64,000 nucleotides of DNA from an uncultured Methanoregulaceae archaeon (GTDB lineage: Archaea > Halobacteriota > Methanomicrobia > Methanomicrobiales > Methanospirillaceae). The stretch spans positions 320,001-384,000 of the forward strand of contig CAWJAX010000005.1 of NCBI GenBank assembly GCA_963841015.1, in the 5' to 3' direction. How positions within the stretch are numbered: position 1 is the first letter of the stretch; every line of letters starts with the position of its first letter. The position numbers and the translations under genes were made by a program. A model generated the notes under the pieces. It did no database searches, was not told the origin of the DNA, and was given only the letters and a program-made list of their open reading frames with translations. Of the stretch, positions 1 through 11,332 are shown piece after piece.

Positions 1-758
1 CGACGTGTGACACTTGTGATCGAGTTGAGTGATTTTACGTGGACGGCAAAGTCATAATGGTAGTTGGTGAGCGCAACAAATTCAAGGATCGCATCGCTAC
101 GGTCCTGAGCCCGGACCCTTGTCGCCGTATGATCGAGAACGGAGATATTTTTAAGGTGCCGATATGCAGGTTTTACAAGATCCGGAGAAATGCGGGTCCC
201 CCTTTGTGGGACATATATACGGTCCTTACCATGCCACTCAATAAATCCGAGGGAGTTTCCGGTGAATCGTGACGGGACAGTCTGGATGAACGAAAAGTTT
301 TCTGATTCAACGGGTGAAGCGGTCAGGAATTCCACACCCCGCTCCTTCTGGATGGCAACATAATCCTGAATGTTCTTCGCGTCAAAGACAAACGTCTCCA
401 GACGTGTGTTCGGCAGGGATCCAGTCATCCTTGCTTTGTTAAGCTCAATAAACGGGTTCTCCGCCAAATCCCGTGAACGGACTATGACTGATGCGGAGCC
501 TGGTGTACTCAGCACATAGCTCTGGAACTCCTGTTCGAAAAAAGCTTCAACGCAGGATAGGCCGGTATATCTGAGAAGTTCGTACACTGCAGGTACCAGG
601 TGGTCAGGTTCTGTGGCGATAATCACCGCATTGAGGTTGCCAACCAACCCCTCAAGTCCCGCGTCCCTGCGGATATCCAGGGCCAGTGCTGTCCTGTCCT
701 CCAGATCCCGCTCCTGATCAGACATGTCTCCAAGCCCGGACTCATTTTTTGTATTCAT
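1..758 (-). CDS. Partial (runs off window start) uncharacterised protein, possible VOC/4-hydroxyphenylpyruvate dioxygenase-like fold
   Basis: Not in the ORF track. Manual translation from ATG at 758 gives an open frame to base 1 (MNTKNESGLGDMSDQERDLEDRTALALDIRRDAGLEGLVGNLNAVIIATEPDHL...RLETFVF...KERGVEFLT...NISVLDHTATRVRAQDRSDAILEF...). The 'RGVEF' and 'LDHTA' segments resemble VOC/HPPD motifs (inference). Confidence 0.7.
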   Translation of the reverse strand, partial: MNTKNESGLGDMSDQERDLEDRTALALDIRRDAGLEGLVGNLNAVIIATEPDHLVPAVYELLRYTGLSCVEAFFEQEFQSYVLSTPGSASVIVRSRDLAENPFIELNKARMTGSLPNTRLETFVFDAKNIQDYVAIQKERGVEFLTASPVESENFSFIQTVPSRFTGNSLGFIEWHGKDRIYVPQRGTRISPDLVKPAYRHLKNISVLDHTATRVRAQDRSDAILEFVALTNYHYDFAVHVKSLNSITSVTR

Positions 759-918
759 TGCTCTTCCTGTCCCCTCAGTCTATACATACGGTATTGAGTT
801 GATAAAAATAGTTACTTGTACCTATCCGGAAAAATACCGGAATCATGGTCATGTAAAGGTGTTCATCCCACTATGTGTGGTTTTTGGCAAACTTCTGATT
901 TTTACTATCCTGGATGAT

Positions 919-1578
919 TCAGGAACCGAACCGTTCGACAAAATACCTGGCGAACGGAATTATCAGGTAAACCAGCAATGAGACTGAAGGAATTACAAAT
1001 GAAATGATCGCAGCTAGCAAAGCGATACCTGGTATCAGCAGGGATTGATAAAAAAGTACTTTCAGGGATTTACTGTCAGCCTCGGGATCGAGCAGGTATT
1101 TGGATTGTGAAATATAGTGAAGGTGGTATGTAAAAATGAGCCCGACGATAAGAATGTTGATGTGGAAGAGCAGCACGGCAATCAGGATATCGGGGTAGTC
1201 TCCAGCCACGTCGGTGGAAAATGGTATAAGGACAACAGAAATAAGCAGGAATATGTTAATCCAGAGCAAACGGGAATCGACGGTGCGGACGAAATGAAAC
1301 TGGTGGTGATGATCCAGCCAGAAACCTGCAAGAATCAAAAAAGCGATAATAAAAATAAAGATTTCCGGAATAAGGCCGAAAATTTGGTTGGGAAGCACTT
1401 CCTGAGCCTGGGATATATCCGGTTTTGGGGGATTAATCCCAAGTACGAGAATAGTCATTGCGATGGCAAAGATGCCATCGATGATAGTTTCCAATCGGTT
1501 TTTTGAGATATGATAATACATTCTCTGTCTTAGTCCGCTCATATCAGTCATAGGATTATCCCGATATGCAGATATCAT
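919..1578 (-). CDS. TMEM175 family (DUF1211) potassium channel-like membrane protein
   Basis: RLETIIDGIFAIAMTILVL, FWLDHHHQF and LIPFST motifs; about 6 TM helices. Confidence 0.85.
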   Translation of the reverse strand: MISAYRDNPMTDMSGLRQRMYYHISKNRLETIIDGIFAIAMTILVLGINPPKPDISQAQEVLPNQIFGLIPEIFIFIIAFLILAGFWLDHHHQFHFVRTVDSRLLWINIFLLISVVLIPFSTDVAGDYPDILIAVLLFHINILIVGLIFTYHLHYISQSKYLLDPEADSKSLKVLFYQSLLIPGIALLAAIISFVIPSVSLLVYLIIPFARYFVERFGS

Positions 1579-1724
1579 TTTCCCGCCGTGTTATGACCCT
1601 GTAAAAAACCGAGCGTATCTTTTTTTCCATCCAGGTTCTCCATCATCAACCCTTATCTGTGGCACAATGAAATAGGGGGAATCTCCTCGTGCACATCTTT
1701 ATACTTCGATAGTGAAATCACTAG

Positions 1725-2402
1725 ATGGAGAGGATTATGAAGATTATTGGTATAAACGGGAGTCCGAAAAGGGAAAAGAGCCAGACACGCAGGCTTGTTC
1801 TGGGAGTCCTTGAGGGAGCTCGTCAGGCAGGGGCTGATGTAACCTTTGTGGACATCTGCGGCATTGAAATCAAATACTGCACAGCGTGCGGTTCATGTTA
1901 CGCGAAGGGAGAGTGCATCCATGATGATGACTTCCCGGCACTGCTGGAAAAGATGCTTGATGCAGATGGTATTGTATGGGGTTCACCAAATTATATTGAC
2001 TCGGTCACTGCGCAGCTGAAGACTATGTTCGACCGGATGGCGGATTCGATCCACTGTCAGTCCTTTACGGGAAAGTACGGTTGCGCAGTCTCGACAGCAG
2101 GGGGTTCCATGGCAGACGAGGTTGCGGATTATATGAACGCGACGATGCTGCATCTCGGTGCGACAACTGTCGGCAAGGTGGCGGTGCTTGTCGGTGCCGA
2201 CCCGAACGCGATTGTACCGGCAGAAAAGGAGGCAAAAGAGCTGGGCAGGAAACTGGTTGATGCAATCAGGTCGACATGGAAGGATCCGGTTCAGGAAAAA
2301 CAACACGCAGAACGCAGGGAATACTTCAGGCGACTGGTAATGTTCAACAAAGATATCTGGAAGCATGAGTATGATTACTGGAAAGGTATAGGTGAGCTGT
2401 AA
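1725..2402 (+). CDS. Iron-sulfur flavoprotein / NADPH-dependent FMN reductase (flavodoxin family)
   Basis: GINGSPK start, CxxCxxC-x5-C cluster motif (CTACGSCYAKGEC), ADGIVWGSPNY. Confidence 0.9.
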   Translation: MERIMKIIGINGSPKREKSQTRRLVLGVLEGARQAGADVTFVDICGIEIKYCTACGSCYAKGECIHDDDFPALLEKMLDADGIVWGSPNYIDSVTAQLKTMFDRMADSIHCQSFTGKYGCAVSTAGGSMADEVADYMNATMLHLGATTVGKVAVLVGADPNAIVPAEKEAKELGRKLVDAIRSTWKDPVQEKQHAERREYFRRLVMFNKDIWKHEYDYWKGIGEL

Positions 2403-2439
2403 CTTTTTTATAAAAAACAGGATGCAAATAGTCAGGGAT

Positions 2440-3645
2440 TTATCCCATATGGATTTCATATCCATTATCAGCCAACGTTTTTTTGAATGCTTCGATATGT
2501 TCCCACCCTCGTGTTTCCAGCTCAATACTCACTCTCGCCATCTGCATGGGTAAATCACTCTCTCCCTGCATATGGTGGACATGGAGAATGTTGCCCTGCT
2601 CCTTTGCGATCACGGCCAGAAGGCGTGCCAGAGCTCCGGGCTGGTCATCCAGAATTACGGAAAAGTGCATAGTTTGTCCCTTACGGGCAAGAGATTGCCG
2701 GATGACCCGGAAGAGCCGGGCACTTTCAATATTCCCCCCACTTATCACGAGCACAACCGTACTGCCGGGCTGCACATCAATGGAACCATTCAGTAACGTG
2801 GCAAGCGGCACAGCACCTGCACCTTCGGCGACTACATGTTTGCGTTCGAGCAGCAGGAGCATTGCGTCGGCGATCTCATCTTCAGATGCAAGTGCAAGAT
2901 GATCAACATAGTGCTGTATGACAGGTAGCGTGTTTTTACCTGTCTCTGCCACCCGGATACCATCAGCAATAGTCTCTCTCACCGGAATCCGGTATGGAGA
3001 TCCGTGCCGGATCGCTTCTCCAACGGAGGGACACGCTTCTGTCTGGACCCCTATGATTCTGATTTCTGGCTTTTTTGCTTTTACAGCCGTGGCTATTCCG
3101 GCGATTAATCCTCCCCCTCCGACCGGGATTATGATCATGTCTGTCTCTGGGAGATCAGCGAGAATCTCTAGTCCTATAGTTCCCTGCCCGGCAATCACTT
3201 CCTCATCATCGTACGGGTGGATAAAGAGTCGCCCTTGAGATGCGATCTGCTGCGCCCTCAGGATACTTTCCTCTAAAGTCTGGCCATGAATTATAACCTG
3301 TGCCCCATACCCTCTGGTCGCTTCCTGCTTTGAGATGGCAGACCATTCAGGCATGACGATTGTGGCGGGAATGCCTGCCGAATGTGCTGCAACCGCAACA
3401 CCCTGCGCATGATTTCCGGCTGAGGCAGCGATAACTCCCTGCTCCCTGATTGCATCGATATGAGAAAGAATCTTATTTGTTGCCCCTCTCACCTTGAATG
3501 ATCCCGATTTCTGAAGTGTTTCGAGCTTAAGGTAGACCTTTGCCCCGGTTATCTGAGAAATTGTTGGAGAGTAGACAAGGGGGGTATGGATTATGTGTTG
3601 GGAAATCCGTATTTCAGCTTCCTTGATTTCTGCAAGCGAAATCAT
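2440..3645 (-). CDS. ilvA: Threonine ammonia-lyase (PLP-dependent) with C-terminal ACT domain
   Basis: KLETLQKSGSFKVRGA PLP lysine, SAGNHAQG, PVGGGGLI, ACT domain DQPGAL. Start placed at ATG 3645. Confidence 0.92.
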   Translation of the reverse strand: MISLAEIKEAEIRISQHIIHTPLVYSPTISQITGAKVYLKLETLQKSGSFKVRGATNKILSHIDAIREQGVIAASAGNHAQGVAVAAHSAGIPATIVMPEWSAISKQEATRGYGAQVIIHGQTLEESILRAQQIASQGRLFIHPYDDEEVIAGQGTIGLEILADLPETDMIIIPVGGGGLIAGIATAVKAKKPEIRIIGVQTEACPSVGEAIRHGSPYRIPVRETIADGIRVAETGKNTLPVIQHYVDHLALASEDEIADAMLLLLERKHVVAEGAGAVPLATLLNGSIDVQPGSTVVLVISGGNIESARLFRVIRQSLARKGQTMHFSVILDDQPGALARLLAVIAKEQGNILHVHHMQGESDLPMQMARVSIELETRGWEHIEAFKKTLADNGYEIHMG

Positions 3646-3790
3646 ACATGAAAAAGGTATCCGGAAGGTTATGAGGATTACTTCAAAAAAAAACGATTCC
3701 GGGGTTCTCTCAATCAAACAATCGAAAAAATCCTGCGGTCCAAAAAAAATTCATTTATTTCCAAGGTAAATAAAGAGGGAAATACAGGCA

Positions 3791-4891
3791 TTAGTGTGGA
3801 GTTCTTTTCTTGATCATCTCAAGTGCTTCGAATGCTTCGCGTCTCACGGCGACATTTTCATCAGTAAGGAGGCTGGTCAGGTGATCAACAGCTTTCTGGT
3901 CGCCGATCTCACCGAGTAGGAGCGCGGCACGCTTCCGTACATCGCTCTGGTCGTCTTTTAATACCATGATGAGAGGTGTCGTCGCAGGCTGCCCAAGCAT
4001 CCACAGCGCTTCCATAGCGCTTGTCCTAACCATAGCATCTCCCGTACGGAATACCTGCATGAGAGGCGCAATGGCAGGAACTCCAAGAGCAGCCAGTGCT
4101 TTTACGACTTCAATACGGACTGACCGCTCCGGGTCATTAAGTCTCTCCATGATTGGAGGAATTGCCCGAGTGTTCCCTATCTGCCCGAGCACTTCTACAG
4201 CACCCTTGCGGATACCCGGGGTCTGATCACCGAGCGCTTTGATCAAAGTATCTACAGCAGGTTCTCCGATAGTAACCAGTGCGAGAGTTGCCCTGTGGCA
4301 GATATCCTCATTTGGATCGATGAGTGCACGGATAAGTGGTTCAATAGCTGGCTCACCGAGAGAACAGAGTGTTGCCATTGCGGCCATCCGGACAGGCTCT
4401 TTTATATCATTGAGTGTTTCTATAAGCGGCCCTATTACACGTGGATTCCCGATTCTGCCAAGTGCGACGGCGCTTTCATATCGTACCATAGCATCGGGAT
4501 CTTTGAGAGATTCAATAAGCTGGGGTACAGCCCGTGTTTCACCCATAATCCCGAGTGCCTGAACAGCACCTCTCCGGACGAACGGGTGACCATGTTTTAA
4601 CCCCTGAATTAAAGCACCTACTGAAGGCTCACCAATCAATTGAAGTGCTCGAATGATCTCCTGCCGGACATCTTCACCTGGCTCGTGCAGTGCCTCAATT
4701 AATGGTCCCACAGCAGGAGCACCTATTTTTCCGAGTGTATCTGCTGAACCCCGCCTTATTATCCAGTATTCATCCTTGAGACCACGGATGAGCGGTTCGA
4801 TGAATGGCTCGCCAAGGTCGCCAACCGATCGCACTGCATTCCACCGGGTATCCAGATCACCTTCACTAAGTGCCGTGAGGAAGTCTTTCAT
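3791..4891 (-). CDS. HEAT/PBS-lyase repeat protein
   Basis: Repeated 'L.D....VR..A..ALG.IG..AV.PLI' units. Start placed at ATG 4891. Confidence 0.88.
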   Translation of the reverse strand: MKDFLTALSEGDLDTRWNAVRSVGDLGEPFIEPLIRGLKDEYWIIRRGSADTLGKIGAPAVGPLIEALHEPGEDVRQEIIRALQLIGEPSVGALIQGLKHGHPFVRRGAVQALGIMGETRAVPQLIESLKDPDAMVRYESAVALGRIGNPRVIGPLIETLNDIKEPVRMAAMATLCSLGEPAIEPLIRALIDPNEDICHRATLALVTIGEPAVDTLIKALGDQTPGIRKGAVEVLGQIGNTRAIPPIMERLNDPERSVRIEVVKALAALGVPAIAPLMQVFRTGDAMVRTSAMEALWMLGQPATTPLIMVLKDDQSDVRKRAALLLGEIGDQKAVDHLTSLLTDENVAVRREAFEALEMIKKRTPH

Positions 4892-5244
4892 ACCGCAGAG
4901 TCTGCGTTTGTAATTGTGCTTCCTCCCGCTCCTTTTTCCCCCCTTCATCACCTTTGCCTGACTTAAACATATTGACAAATTTCTTTGTGATACCCATGTA
5001 CTTTCTCCGAACGAGTATTAGTATAAAATCCTTCAAATAGGTATCGGATACCTGTGACAGGTTTTAAACCTCTTTGGGATAATTTAACCGGTTTTTTTAT
5101 CGATCTGAGGTGTGGAACATCCCATTGATGTGAGGTAATAAAAACCCTCGAGGAACAAACAATGTACTGACAGTTTTCAGGGATAGGGTTTGATTTCAGG
5201 CCAAACTCACTGATGTTCCATCATAGTATGACAATTTTATCAAT

Positions 5245-5267
5245 TTTTCAAAAAAGTTTTTTGAAAA
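5245..5267. repeat. Perfect 23-bp palindrome TTTTCAAAAAA-G-TTTTTTGAAAA
   Basis: Read directly: 11-bp arms with a 1-nt spacer, in an intergenic region. Function unknown. Confidence 0.5.
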
Positions 5268-5303
5268 GGGAGGGGAATAGCCCCCCGCTGCATTTTTTTT
5301 AAA

Positions 5304-6207
5304 TTATGAGGTGAAGCCAACCGTGAATTGGGTGGTACTGGATGCCGTTTTTGGGAGATCATACACATACATGGTATAATAACCGGCAGGCATTGAGCTT
5401 TCAAGAGTATATTTAAAATTCCATGTTTTATCTGCCAAACACGATAACGAACCTAATTCAACACCACTGGAGTACCGTGCAGGCCCATATAATACGAGTA
5501 AAACATTTTGTGCACCAGTTGTGCATTGGCCCGAAAATGTGATGGACTCTCCAGGTGCAGCTGCGTAAGAATTCGCTGCAATGGATACAACACCCCCACC
5601 AACAGCCGTAAACTCAACCCTGCCGGATGTTGTTTTTTTTGCATCCTCCACTACCAGAGTGTATGAACCTGACTGGATAGAAAATCCTGGATTCCAGGTA
5701 TAACTCCATGAACCGACGGAATTAACGCTCGGTTTGCCAAGAAGCACTCCATAAGTGTAATATCCTGGCCCGTATAGTGTCAATAACACGTTATCAGGGC
5801 CAGAACTCGTTCCTGAAAACAGAAGCGAGTCTCCAATAATCATTGTCTCTTTACTTGCCTGAACGGTAACTTTGGGTGGTGAAGGAATAATAATGGGAAT
5901 TTTATCCTGAGGTACCTGAGTATCGGGAAGACGTGTTAATGCAGCATAATAGTGAGATGTACCTGAAGAAACCAAAATGGCTGTTGACCAACTTTGATAA
6001 CCGGGAGAACGAAATTCAAGCGTATGATTTCCTGGTTCCACATTTGTAATTGTACTCTGGTGTACTACCCTGATATTGACTATCCAGGTACACTTGAGCC
6101 TCGGAAGGCGATGAGGCAAGTTGAAGGGTTCCTTTCTCCTGACCTGATATGCATCCGGAGATTAACACACAGCATACTAAGATTGAAACAAGAATCTTTC
6201 TGTCCAT
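5304..6207 (-). CDS. PEGA-domain lipoprotein with two C-terminal Ig-like repeats (frameshift near 6058)
   Basis: Lipobox LISGC. The PEGA motif GTLQLASSPSEAQVYLD..YQGSTP continues in another frame as STITNVEPGNHTLEFR. Duplicated FSG....VLL.LYGP..Y..GV.LG units. Confidence 0.75.
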
Positions 6208-6308
6208 TTTTACGTCCATCTCTCCCACGATAACCCTTATTGTGCATCATTATATAGGTTTGGAAAAAAAAATTGTCCTTGAAAAAACATCCGGACAGTC
6301 GATTAACT

Positions 6309-7205
6309 TCACCTTGTAAGGCGCAGGATTTCCTGAGCGAGTGCGACACTCTTATCTTCATCGATCATGAGTGTGTCAAACCTGACCGAATTGCTGAGCT
6401 CCGTCGTATCGCGGATATCCTGCACGAATATGCTGGTGATCCCTTCATAGCACTTTAATGTCCCCCTTGAGCTGGGTTCGAATCCTGCTGCCTGCATGAG
6501 AGCACCAGCAGGCCCGCTGACCGGGGTATCACCAATGAACGGACTTATTGCAATTACTAATTTGTCCCCTAGGGCAGATTTTATTCCCTCGCATGCAAGA
6601 ATCGGAGAAATACTGGTGATTGGATTGGACGGCCCGATCACTACAACATCACTTGCTTCAATCACGGCAAGAACCTCTTCGGTTGCCACAGGTGGTTCAT
6701 TAAAACTCCTCACTACCTGCTGTATTTCGATCTTTCCTTTTGCCCGAACCCAGTATTCCTGAAAGTGAATCAGGCCAAGATCTGTTTTTACCAGTGTTGT
6801 CACTTCGGTATCGGTCATGGGGAGCACATTCTCCCGAACGCCGAACCGGTCGCAGAGAATTTTTGTAGCATTAGTCAGTCGCATCCCGTTTCTTATCATT
6901 TCACCGCGGGCGATCTGCACTGCACGGTCTTTATCGCCGATAGCGATGAACTCATCAATGCCCAGCCGGGCAATCTCATCGTGGGTGGTAAATGAATCGC
7001 TCCTGACTCCCCACCATGTATCGGTATTGAGAATACCCGCAAACAAGTACATAACCGTGTCAAGATCTGGAGAGAGGTGATTTCCCGATATCCATATATC
7101 CTCGGCAGTGTTAACGACGACAGAGATCTCATGCCTGTCCATAACCTTCTGCATTCCCCGCAGGAGCTTCGGGGTGCCTGTCCCCCCGGAAAGGAACGTA
7201 ATCAT
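6309..7205 (-). CDS. cofD: 2-phospho-L-lactate transferase (F420 biosynthesis)
   Basis: [41 protein letters not shown]. Confidence 0.95.
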   Translation of the reverse strand: MITFLSGGTGTPKLLRGMQKVMDRHEISVVVNTAEDIWISGNHLSPDLDTVMYLFAGILNTDTWWGVRSDSFTTHDEIARLGIDEFIAIGDKDRAVQIARGEMIRNGMRLTNATKILCDRFGVRENVLPMTDTEVTTLVKTDLGLIHFQEYWVRAKGKIEIQQVVRSFNEPPVATEEVLAVIEASDVVVIGPSNPITSISPILACEGIKSALGDKLVIAISPFIGDTPVSGPAGALMQAAGFEPSSRGTLKCYEGITSIFVQDIRDTTELSNSVRFDTLMIDEDKSVALAQEILRLTR

Positions 7206-7253
7206 TACTCAATACTTTAATGCGTGATATATGAAGATTCTTTTAGTGAAATC

Positions 7254-8454
7254 GTGAAGATAATTAAAGACCCGGTTCATGGTTATATTGAAGTCGAGGA
7301 TTTTGCATTAGCCCTGCTTGATTCTCTGGCGTTGCAACGTCTCCGCTACATTAAACAACTCGGTTTTTCGTACCTTGTGTATCCCGGTGCCAATCATACA
7401 CGTTTTGAACACTCGCTCGGTACTATGTTTCTTGCAGATGTAGCCTCACACAGATTCGGGCTTTCTGAAAGTGAACATACCCTGGTGGTTGCTGCGGCCC
7501 TTCTTCATGACATCGGTCACGGCCCTTTTTCCCATGCGAGCGAACCGCTTATGGAGAAGTTCCTGCACCGGACCCATGATGATATTAAAATTATTATCGA
7601 GGATCAGGTGGGAAGTGTGCTCCGTACGTGGGGGATTGATCCGGATGAACTATGTGCTGTTGTGAAAGGAAATCATTCGTTGTCCCAAATAATTCACGGC
7701 GATCTGGATGTAGACCGGATGGACTACCTTCTCCGGGACGCCTATTATACCGGTGCTCCCTGACGGTTCAGTTGATGCACAGCGCCTCATCCGGCACCTG
7801 ATCCGGACCAGTGAGGGTACGGTTCTTGATGAGAATGGGGTTAATGCGGCCGAATCGCTTCTTATTGCGCGCACGCTCATGCGGCCGACCGTGTATTATC
7901 ATCATGTGAGTCGGATTGGTGAGAGCATGTTCCAGCTGGCAGTACTGGAACATATCAGTGATAGAGAAAAAGTGGTCTCCCAACAACTCTTCCAGATGGA
8001 TGACTCGACCTGTTTGCATGCATTGCGTACTTCAGAAAATCCTGTTGCCCGAGAACTTGCCCTCCGTCTTTATGAGCGCCGGCTCTATAAACGGGCAATT
8101 TATGTGGGCACCGATCAGGTAAGTACCCCGTTCTTTGAGCAGGGAATACCTCTAGAAAAATGCCGTGAACTCGCTATAAAGATCGCATCGAATGCCGGCC
8201 TCCTCCCGCATGAGGTCCTGGTAGATATTCCCTCAACTCCCCGTGAGATGTCACTTGGAGTACGGGTGAAGAACCGGCATACGGTTGTCGGTTTTAACGA
8301 GATCTCCCCTCGCATCCGAACCCTCAATATTACCCGACGGGCACAGTGGCGCCTCGGTGTGTATACCCTTCCCGAGCACAGGGATTTGGTTGCCGAAGTT
8401 GGCTGTGAGGTTCTACACTTAAAAAAACCGACACGACAGGATACTCTGTTTTGA
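7254..8454 (+). CDS. HD-domain phosphohydrolase (dNTPase/SAMHD1-like), frameshift near 7762
   Basis: IKDPVHG, QRLRYIKQLG, HTRFEHSLG, LHDIGHGPFSH, DVDRMDYL.RD, then VYYHH in the next frame. Confidence 0.88.
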
Positions 8455-8515
8455 CGGATTCCCGCGGACACATTAATAAAAAATATTATATTACTATCTC
8501 CCAACACTCACCCAT

Positions 8516-8998
8516 ATGAAAAACAGGATATTCATCTTGCTAATTCTTATTTTCGCGTTAGCAATCAGTGCCGGATGTATCCAGGGTCTGCTACCTGGTA
8601 CAACACCGGCACCCACACCCATACAAACATCAGAAATAGCACAAACCCCAACGATTCCCCTTCAAAAACCCTCGTTTTCCATGAGCGATCATTACCTGAA
8701 GAAAACGTACGCCTTCCAAAGTGAGCAGCAAATTTATACTGAAGAGATCCGGGTTGACACGGTCTCGTGGGGAATTGAGTTTGATGTTCTTCCGCTGACA
8801 GACAACGTCGTCTATAGCTGGTTTGAAATGAATGTTACCAATACTGATACAGGGCAGTCAGATATTTACGGGTATGGTCGTACCAATGGTTTTGAGCTCA
8901 AGCACCTGATACCAATGTATAATACGGGACCATACAAAATCGAGATGAGAGGCAATCGCGTTAAAGTGGATGTCGCTGTTGCAAAAAGAAATCCCTGA
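8516..8998 (+). CDS. Hypothetical lipoprotein
   Basis: Signal peptide with ISAGC lipobox followed by a Thr/Pro linker. Confidence 0.7.
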   Translation: MKNRIFILLILIFALAISAGCIQGLLPGTTPAPTPIQTSEIAQTPTIPLQKPSFSMSDHYLKKTYAFQSEQQIYTEEIRVDTVSWGIEFDVLPLTDNVVYSWFEMNVTNTDTGQSDIYGYGRTNGFELKHLIPMYNTGPYKIEMRGNRVKVDVAVAKRNP

Positions 8999-9006
8999 TT
9001 ATTGAG

Positions 9007-9462
9007 ATGAATGCAATGATTGAAGAATGGATTGTTGTGATATGTGGTGTTGTGGCGATTGTTGTTGTCATGACCGTTACACTGTTGAAACTTCGCAGTG
9101 CTGAGCGCAGGATGCACGAAAGCACCTACAAACTCAAGGTCTATACAGATCTGTTGAATGCTATTACCGAGCTGAACCTCGCTACTGGTGATCCTTATAA
9201 AATGGACATCGCAAAAAAGAACCTTGCCATCACGCTCAACCGTTTGAACCTTGTGGGAAGTTCCGGTGTGCTCAAGAGCACAAGCGATCTTTTGGACTTT
9301 TTAAACGAACACAAGGACAAGGATTACGATACACTTCGCCTTCACAATATTCTCAATACTCTTGTAATTGAAGCGCGCCGGGATCTTAACCCCACCCATG
9401 CACGTCGCGTGGAAGAAGCGCATGTGCGGTACCGCTTCTTTGCGCCACCAAAAACAAAATGA
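9007..9462 (+). CDS. Hypothetical membrane-anchored helical protein
   Basis: N-terminal TM helix; co-oriented with neighbours; coding-like composition. Confidence 0.65.
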   Translation: MNAMIEEWIVVICGVVAIVVVMTVTLLKLRSAERRMHESTYKLKVYTDLLNAITELNLATGDPYKMDIAKKNLAITLNRLNLVGSSGVLKSTSDLLDFLNEHKDKDYDTLRLHNILNTLVIEARRDLNPTHARRVEEAHVRYRFFAPPKTK

Positions 9463-9548
9463 TTTTTTAAATTTTTCTTCAGGATTCCGGCATAAACTCT
9501 TTTTATCCTGAATCAGACATTGGTATCACAGGAGAGCGCGAGGATACA

Positions 9549-10103
9549 ATGGAAAAAGAATTTGTTATCGGAGTGACTGGGGCGAGCGGAGTGTGCTATG
9601 CACGACGACTGCTCGAAGTGCTCTGCAGGGATGCAAAGGTTCACCTTATCGTTTCGGAGGTTGCGCAGCAGATTGCCGATCACGAAGGTGTTTCCTTTGA
9701 AGGGTTCAATGCAACATACCATTCAATTAACAAGATTGCGGCACCGATCGCAAGCGGATCCAACCGGTTTGACGGTATGGTAGTAATTCCCTGCAGCGCT
9801 AAGACCCTTGCTGCAATTGCTATGGGATATGCAGACAACCTGATTACCCGGACTGCGGATGTCTGCCTTAAGGAGCACCGTACCTGTATTCTGGTTACAA
9901 GGGAAACCCCGCTCTCAAAGATTCACTTGAAGAACATGCTTGCTGCAGAGGATGCCGGGGCGACGATTATGCCCGCTTGTCCCGGGTTCTACAATAATCC
10001 GGAAACGATTGATAATCTGGTTGACATGGTCGTCGCCCGTGTCCTTGATCATCTCGAGGTGGAACATTCACTTGCAAAGCGCTGGAGCGGTTACGATGCG
10101 TGA
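9549..10103 (+). CDS. ubiX: Flavin prenyltransferase
   Basis: GVTGASG, APIASGS, PCSAKTL, RTADVCLKE, RETPL. Confidence 0.93.
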   Translation: MEKEFVIGVTGASGVCYARRLLEVLCRDAKVHLIVSEVAQQIADHEGVSFEGFNATYHSINKIAAPIASGSNRFDGMVVIPCSAKTLAAIAMGYADNLITRTADVCLKEHRTCILVTRETPLSKIHLKNMLAAEDAGATIMPACPGFYNNPETIDNLVDMVVARVLDHLEVEHSLAKRWSGYDA

Positions 10104-11332
10104 CTTCATAGAGAAAATGCGGGAACATGAACTTGTTATTGATGTAGAAGAGCCCGTTTCAGCTGATATGGAGGCGCCAAGGATGGCGGCCTCAACAGAC
10201 AAACTCCTGTTTTTCCATAAGATCGAAGGAGCCCGGGCAGTTATGAACCTCACCGCGAGCCGTCGCGCTCTCTCCATTGCTCTCGCCATGGATGAGAAGA
10301 GGATGGTAAAAACGCTTGCCGATGCAAAATTTGATGGGAAAGTAACAACGGCAGGCAGTATCACGATGAAAAAACCCGATCTCTCAATAATTCCCATCAT
10401 GCACCATTTCCCCAAGGACGCCGGGAAGTATCTTACCTCGGGGATTGTTTTCTCATGTTTTGACGGTGTTGAAAATGCATCCATTCACCGGATGCAGGTA
10501 CTGGACAACCACCGGGTTGCCGCACGTCTTGTTGAAGGGAGGCATACGCATGTGATGCTGGGAAGAGCATTGGCAAAGGGCGAGAAACTCCCTATTGCGG
10601 TTACCCTCGGGACACACCCGGCGGTGACATTTGCCAGCTGCACCCGTGTCCCCCCCGGGATGGAACTTGGTTTTGCAGCTGAACTTCTGGGAGGTGAAAT
10701 GACCGTCCGGCAGTGCGGGAATGGTGTCCTTGTGCCGGATGCTGAGATCGTCTTGGAAGGATATATAGGGGGGGAAGTCACTGAGGAGGGACCGTTTGTT
10801 GATATTACCGGAACCTATGACCCCGTGAGACGCCAACCGGTGATTGAATTTACCGGTATGCACCTTAAACCTGACTTTATCTATCATGGTATTCTTCCTG
10901 GTGGTGATGAACATAAAATGCTTATGGGTGCACCCTATGAACCGAAAATTTATCGGGCGGTCAGCCGGAGTGACTGAAGTCAGGAACGTCGTGCTGACCA
11001 AAGGTGGTTGCGGCTATCTCCATGCGGTGATCCAGATTAAAAAAAGTACGCAGGGCGATGCAAAAAATGCAATTATGGCTGCATTTGCCGCTCACACATC
11101 TTTAAAACACGTTGTGATTGTAGACGAGGATATCGATCCCAATGATCCCGTTGACGTTGAGTATGCAATTGCAACCCGCGTAAGCGGTGACCGGGATGTT
11201 ATGGTAATCACGGGTGTCCGGGGTTCATCACTCGATCCATGCCAGCTTGAGGATGGAACGAATGTGAAAGTCGGGGTCGATGCGACCATGGTGCTTGGAC
11301 GCGAGGATGATTTTTCGCGTGCGACCTGGTGA
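10096..11332 (+). CDS. UbiD-family decarboxylase, probable anhydromevalonate phosphate decarboxylase (frameshift near 10962)
   Basis: [40 protein letters not shown]; lies between ubiX and AcnX. Confidence 0.88.

Noticed and set aside
7755-7770. TGA in the HD gene as selenocysteine or readthrough
   Set aside because: The downstream homology is in a different frame, so readthrough cannot join the halves; a single extra base explains it.
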